A stretch of DNA of 54,471 bases, the filler included, from Dirinaria sp. TL-2023a (taxonomy: Eukaryota): NCBI GenBank assembly GCA_051941275.1. It is 2 parts of 2 records of this genome, joined end to end, with 100 filler letters (N's around TTAATTAATTAA, not from the genome) between each part and the next. Parts side by side here need not be neighbours in the genome. Positions count along the whole stretch, not along the records: positions 27,293 to 54,471 come from JAVEBF010000148.1; 1 more part is not named here. One strand, 5' to 3'. The position numbers were made by a program, and so were the translations under genes. Of this stretch, positions 49,831 to 54,471 are shown piece by piece. The first letter of the stretch is position 1; the number at the start of each line of letters is the position of its first letter. Below the pieces are notes generated by a model, which saw only the letters and a list, made by a program, of their open reading frames with translations, ran no database searches and had not been told where the DNA came from.

Positions 49831-50592
49831 TGTTTAGTGTCAACGAAAATCTTCAAATTGAGAGTCAGAGAGAACCAAATAAGTGACTTACCCTTCAGCA
49901 TATGATCGTCTACGAGTAGAGAACATAACCAGACTCTCAACGGCAGGGTTTGGGTCAGATGGCACAGTCGCGGATCATAGTATTTTTACCCACCGAACAC
50001 CGTTTCTAATAGCCTATTTGGAGATATGGCCGAGGCTCTTTTGCCTTTGTTCGGTTTTATTATCTCGGTACCTCAATCTCTGCACCCTATCAACTCTTCA
50101 CCTCGAAATAGCTTACCATAACGATGTCCGCTAAAAGTAACCGAGATGGTTCAATATCATCGACAGAATCTCGCAAAACCTAACCGATTGATCGAACAAT
50201 ATCGAATGCAAGAAACGGATCACCAGTGCTAGAAAACTGGTCTTAGTCGTTAAGAACGCCGAATCAAAGATTTTTTATCTCTACAATCTGGTGCGTTGAC
50301 TCATTAAATCTTTTGAAGGGGGGGAAGAAATAAGAAAAGATGGTTTTCAGTGAGAATAATGTGCACTTTGTTGTAATCCTGCCAGTTGGGGGAGTTTGTT
50401 GACCTCGTGACGGTTCAAATCATGTTCTACACTGCAGTCACGCTACGGACAACAGGGAATTTGCAGTAATTTCAGTCAACCCTGTCATAAAAACCAGAGG
50501 AAAAGGATTCACGTGAAAGACTGCTATTTCGAACTCAGCGGCCTTTGAAAGTATGTGGTCAATGACTATGGACCTGGTTTGTTGTTTACCCT

Positions 50593-52058
50593 TCAAGCTA
50601 CTGATTGCTCCTGCTCCACGACTGCTTCGATCAGCCCCTCGACTTCCGGTCCAACAGACCAGAATTTAACGATCTTCAACCCCACGGATTCGAGTAGGTC
50701 CTTCCACTGCGTTTGAGTCCTCTGCATTCCTGAAAACAGAGCCATCATGTTGATATCCAGGAGAGCAGGGTAGAGGGGAACGCCAGCTTCCGGTAGAACC
50801 CACTCGTTAACTAGAAGCTTGGAATACCCTGGCTTCATCGCCTTGACGACGTTTTGAAGGATATCACGGCATTTGCTGTCGGTCCAGTTGTGGAATATGG
50901 CTCGGAAGTAATATGCTCGAGCGCCTGGAGTGTATGTAAGGGACGTGATCGTGCAATAAGATCAGATTGGCGTCCACGATGACTTACCTATGACCGGCTG
51001 TGGAGTGAAGAAGTCATACTTCATCCGCAGAATACTCTCATCCAGATGCTCTATCTCATCGATGGCCGCTGGCAAATCCTCAAGAATTAACTTCCCAAAG
51101 GCGTCTGGAAAGCGTTTCCTGAAAGCTTCTAAATCGTGACCTCTGCCGCCCGCAATGTCAACTAGAAGGACTTCATCGTTAATTCGCTGGAAACCATGAA
51201 ATAGAATATCTTGCACAGGGAAAGCGTCAAACCAGTCTACGCGACTGTTACGTTGACCCGCCATGAAAACATTGAAGTCAGTCAGCTGCTTGGGATGTTG
51301 TCGCAGCCATTCAAATGTGGGGAGTGGGGAATTGTGTGCGTATTGAAAGCTGCCTTGCGGGCCCTCTGGATTCTTGAAGCCTGTTTGACTTAGGAATTCA
51401 GGCAGCTTGATGCACGAAAACGCGGCTCCGTCAAACCTACATCGGCACTGTTACCTTTTACGCCTTTTGAAGATCATTCAAGGAAATGTAGAGATCATAC
51501 ATGCATTTGAAGCCGGCAACGAGTGGTGGAGAAGCAAATGAATGAGCGATTTTGCCGGCTCTGTAGGTCTCGACGCCGGTCTCGATAAAGATACCCAGAG
51601 CGACCAAAGGTCTTAGCATACGAACTAGCCTAAGTTAGCAGCAGAGGCTTGACATAGCAAACACGTCAATCCTATGAGATCAGACATACCAACAAGAAGC
51701 TGATCCGCTCTTACCATGTCCGCCAATTCACCAGCAGATTTCGGACCATCGCTTGCTATCAGTGCTTCGACCAGACCCAGTTCCAAGGCCACTCTCAAAC
51801 AAGCATTTTGATGGGGCTGATCCAAAACTTTTAGCGGTTCTAACCCCACTAAAAATTTGAGAGCATAGCTCGATGCCAAAGAAGCGAGTGTCTGCATACT
51901 TGCATCATCATTTTCCAAATCACGGCAGGGCCCGGCGTCACAACGTTGATTGCTTGTTGACACGCCTCCGTCAGCATTTTGCTCGCCTGCTCATTTCCTT
52001 GGACCTGCGCCGTGAGTGCTTCCAGTTCACGCGCGACAGCCTTAACACGGTCCTGCAT
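50593..52058 (-). CDS. SAM-dependent O-methyltransferase (Methyltransf_2, OmtB/DMST-type); 5 exons, frame intact
   Basis: Exons 52058-51900, 51816-51690, 51624-51501, ~51436-50988, ~50924-50593. LVDIAGGRGHD, LILEDLP, YDFFTPQPVIGARAYYFRAIFHNW, AMKPGYSKLLVNE, LDINMM. Confidence 0.93.
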
Positions 52059-53166
52059 TGTGGATTCGGGCCCTAGAGGTCTTGGAAAAGCGTTCGCATT
52101 GAAGTATTGACTAGATTAGGGACGAAGACAATTCGCAAAGAAGAAAGAAAAAGAAAGAGGTTTGTGAACCAGAACCCGTGTTAAAAAGTTGACCGTGCAT
52201 GCCGGGTAGCTTAGTGAAACAACATTCATAGTGTGAGCAGTTGATCCGCGTCACTAGTGCGGAAGTCGTGATAGGTTGAGGCTGATTCCTCCAATATGGA
52301 TTCGGAGGCGAGTGTGGAGGAAGCTGAGATTCATAGGAGGAAGCTCCTAGTATGTACTACACACACTAGACCTCGATCGGTCTGCCAAGAAAGTTGTGAA
52401 TCAGATTTGCAAGTTGAGGAAAGTCTGGGCGAAGCAGTCGTCCACTTACGCTCTACCACCCGGGACGTATCTGATGCCGTGCCACAAGTCAGCCTGAACA
52501 TCGGACAGTGAGAGGAGGAGTCCACGGTCGTGTCACCCTTACTTGACGTCTGCTTGGTTATGACACGATTCTCACTCGAACGATTTTCGGTTGCATACCT
52601 TAATCAGCAGTTTCATGTCCGACTAATAGTCAAAGGGGTATCATGTAGCCAGTACCTAGGTTTGAATAACACAGAGAACGCTAGAAGCGTGCTGTTGCTA
52701 TACCCAACACCATACTACAGAAATCGCGAAGGGAAGAAGCCGGGCCACGGGTGCACTGACGGGAATTGTCCGAACCTACGTGCGCTAATGCTGCCTTAAA
52801 GCATCTTGACGCAGTTTGGGATAAAACTACCGATCATGAACATGGCTAAAATGTTGACATGCTAACGCAGGGGCCGAGTACGAGTTTCTCGTGCATGCTA
52901 TCCTTCCTCTCTCCGGTCTTACCGACAAAACCTCGACCACTCACGGCTTCGCCATAACTACCCAGCAGATGCATGTATTAAAGCTATTATCTAACACATG
53001 CCCGGGTACATGAACCCGCACCTGGTCCGCACACCCCTTTATGTCTTTCCTCTCTTTTCATCTTCGTGATTTGTCTCGTAATTGTCCTGTATCAGCAACA
53101 TTCTAGTCAAAAAAGCTCTACTGAAATTCCTTGTTGACCAACCATTGACAGAACCATTGCTTCACA

Positions 53167-53664
53167 ATGGCTGGATCTAGTACCACAAACAGGAAGGGCA
53201 GGTCTGATCGCTCGAACTTCACGAGTGAGCTTATGTACAGCGTCCGCTCATTTAAAGATCTCCGCTTGAATATGTTCGACTCAGTACAATCCTTAACCAG
53301 GACATTCTGCGAGTTAGATCGCAGGATTTCTACAATGTCTCGTCAAGTTATACCGGAACCGATCCTAATAGCGCAATACCTCCTAGCTCTAGGGCCAGCC
53401 TACAAAGACTTCTCACAGCGATTTAACAGCTCGTACTCGCGCTTGTTCGACGAGGATGGGGCGCCCAGCATAACCTTACAGGACGCCGTATGGGATGCTC
53501 TAGATGCGGAGCGTGCAAAAATGGGCTTAAAAGTTCCATTGCCAGGAAGCTCGGATGGAATACTAGAGAAAGAAGCTCTGATAGCTTCAATAATGGGCGA
53601 ACGCTTGCTGTACTGTGAACAGAATTTACTCAGCGACGACCAACGCATTCTATTGGCCTATTAA
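53167..53664 (+). CDS. Ty1/copia Gag-like ORF (165 aa) with no adjoining pol
   Basis: LRLNMFDSVQSL...F.EL...IPEPILIAQYLLALGPAYKDF...ITLQDAV...AE resembles the fungal copia Gag capsid C-terminal pattern. The C-terminus LLYCEQNLLSDDQR looks like a decayed CCHC knuckle. Confidence 0.55.
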   Translation: MAGSSTTNRKGRSDRSNFTSELMYSVRSFKDLRLNMFDSVQSLTRTFCELDRRISTMSRQVIPEPILIAQYLLALGPAYKDFSQRFNSSYSRLFDEDGAPSITLQDAVWDALDAERAKMGLKVPLPGSSDGILEKEALIASIMGERLLYCEQNLLSDDQRILLAY

Positions 53665-54471
53665 AACCTATTAATATAGGCATTATACTTCTTTCTTAAT
53701 CTCTTAGGGGACTTCTTTGGGTAATGAAGGTTCCAAAACTTCCCTCCGAACATTTGATTACAGACGTGAAAACCCGCATACGATCTATACACCACGTATG
53801 AATTCTCGACAATGTGTTCTCCTATTTGAGCTCGCACTTTTTCACCTGTTCTGATTCGAAGAACGATTGAGCGGACAAGGACAACTATCTCTTGTTGTTG
53901 GTGGCTGTGCTGCAGTCTGTAGGATTCCTGTTTCAAACTACTTTCTTGGACCCTCGAAACATATTCCGCAGCCCTCATTTTGATTAAATCAATGAAGACA
54001 CGCTGTTGCAATCTATTCGTCATATCAAGCTGTTGATCGTTAGATACGAGCACAGCTCACTCGCAATTTCTTATCGGGCTTCTTGTCCATATATTTTAAT
54101 CTTACGTTGTTTGTTTCAAGACCAACACTATGTCAAGCATCATGTTCTGCATCGATGTCATACTTTGGGGCCGATTCTCGCATAGTTGGTGCCACATTCC
54201 TAGATGGAGCAGGATTTATGCAACAGTCGTGCCCTCTCTGTGGGCGAGTCTTCGGGCAAGATCCTTCCTGCAAGACTGACATAAGAAGCACGTCCCGAAT
54301 CCTCAGTCAGAAATCAACATTAATCTACCCATAATTTAACCGAGCGCCCATGCAATAAGACTCCGTAGGCTCGATGAACTCGATTTCCTAATCCCACAAA
54401 GCTACTATCCGCAGATCTCAACCCCCTTCACAATTTCCACAAGAATGCAACCACCGCTCTCCGTCCCCCTC

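Noticed and set aside
1..54471. CRISPR array, rRNA, intact tRNA or intact transposon
   Set aside because: No regularly spaced repeats, rRNA-like sequence, complete cloverleaf, LTR/TIR pair or full transposase/pol ORF was seen by eye.

Overview
Eukaryotic DNA from a filamentous ascomycete (Pezizomycotina), judged from short GT-AG introns with CTAAC/CTGAC branch sites and a fungal gene repertoire. The window is two contigs joined by an artificial 100-bp linker (N44-TTAATTAATTAA-N44, 27193-27292), so adjacency across that point is unproven. Left part: Dicer-like 2 (runs off the left edge), an MFS sugar porter, RFC1, a gene-poor stretch with a P-loop protein relic and an unexplained structured Pol III-type ncRNA candidate (~14830-14975), a UCH deubiquitinase paralog with catalytic Asp->Asn, a DUF2235/Tle1-like lipase, an F-box protein and a multi-pass membrane protein. 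Right part: secreted PNGase A next to a secreted GH18 enzyme, a divergent Zn2Cys6 TF / FAR-17a pair, and a Ty1/copia RNase H relic. Then a partly decayed secondary-metabolite-like cluster: two adenylation-only NRPS-like genes (one with an in-frame TAA), a PTH11-like membrane protein, a Mid2-like protein, a P450 pseudogene and an intact O-methyltransferase. An open copia Gag-like ORF lies near the right end. Exon boundaries were read by eye and are approximate; family calls rest on remembered motifs, not database searches.
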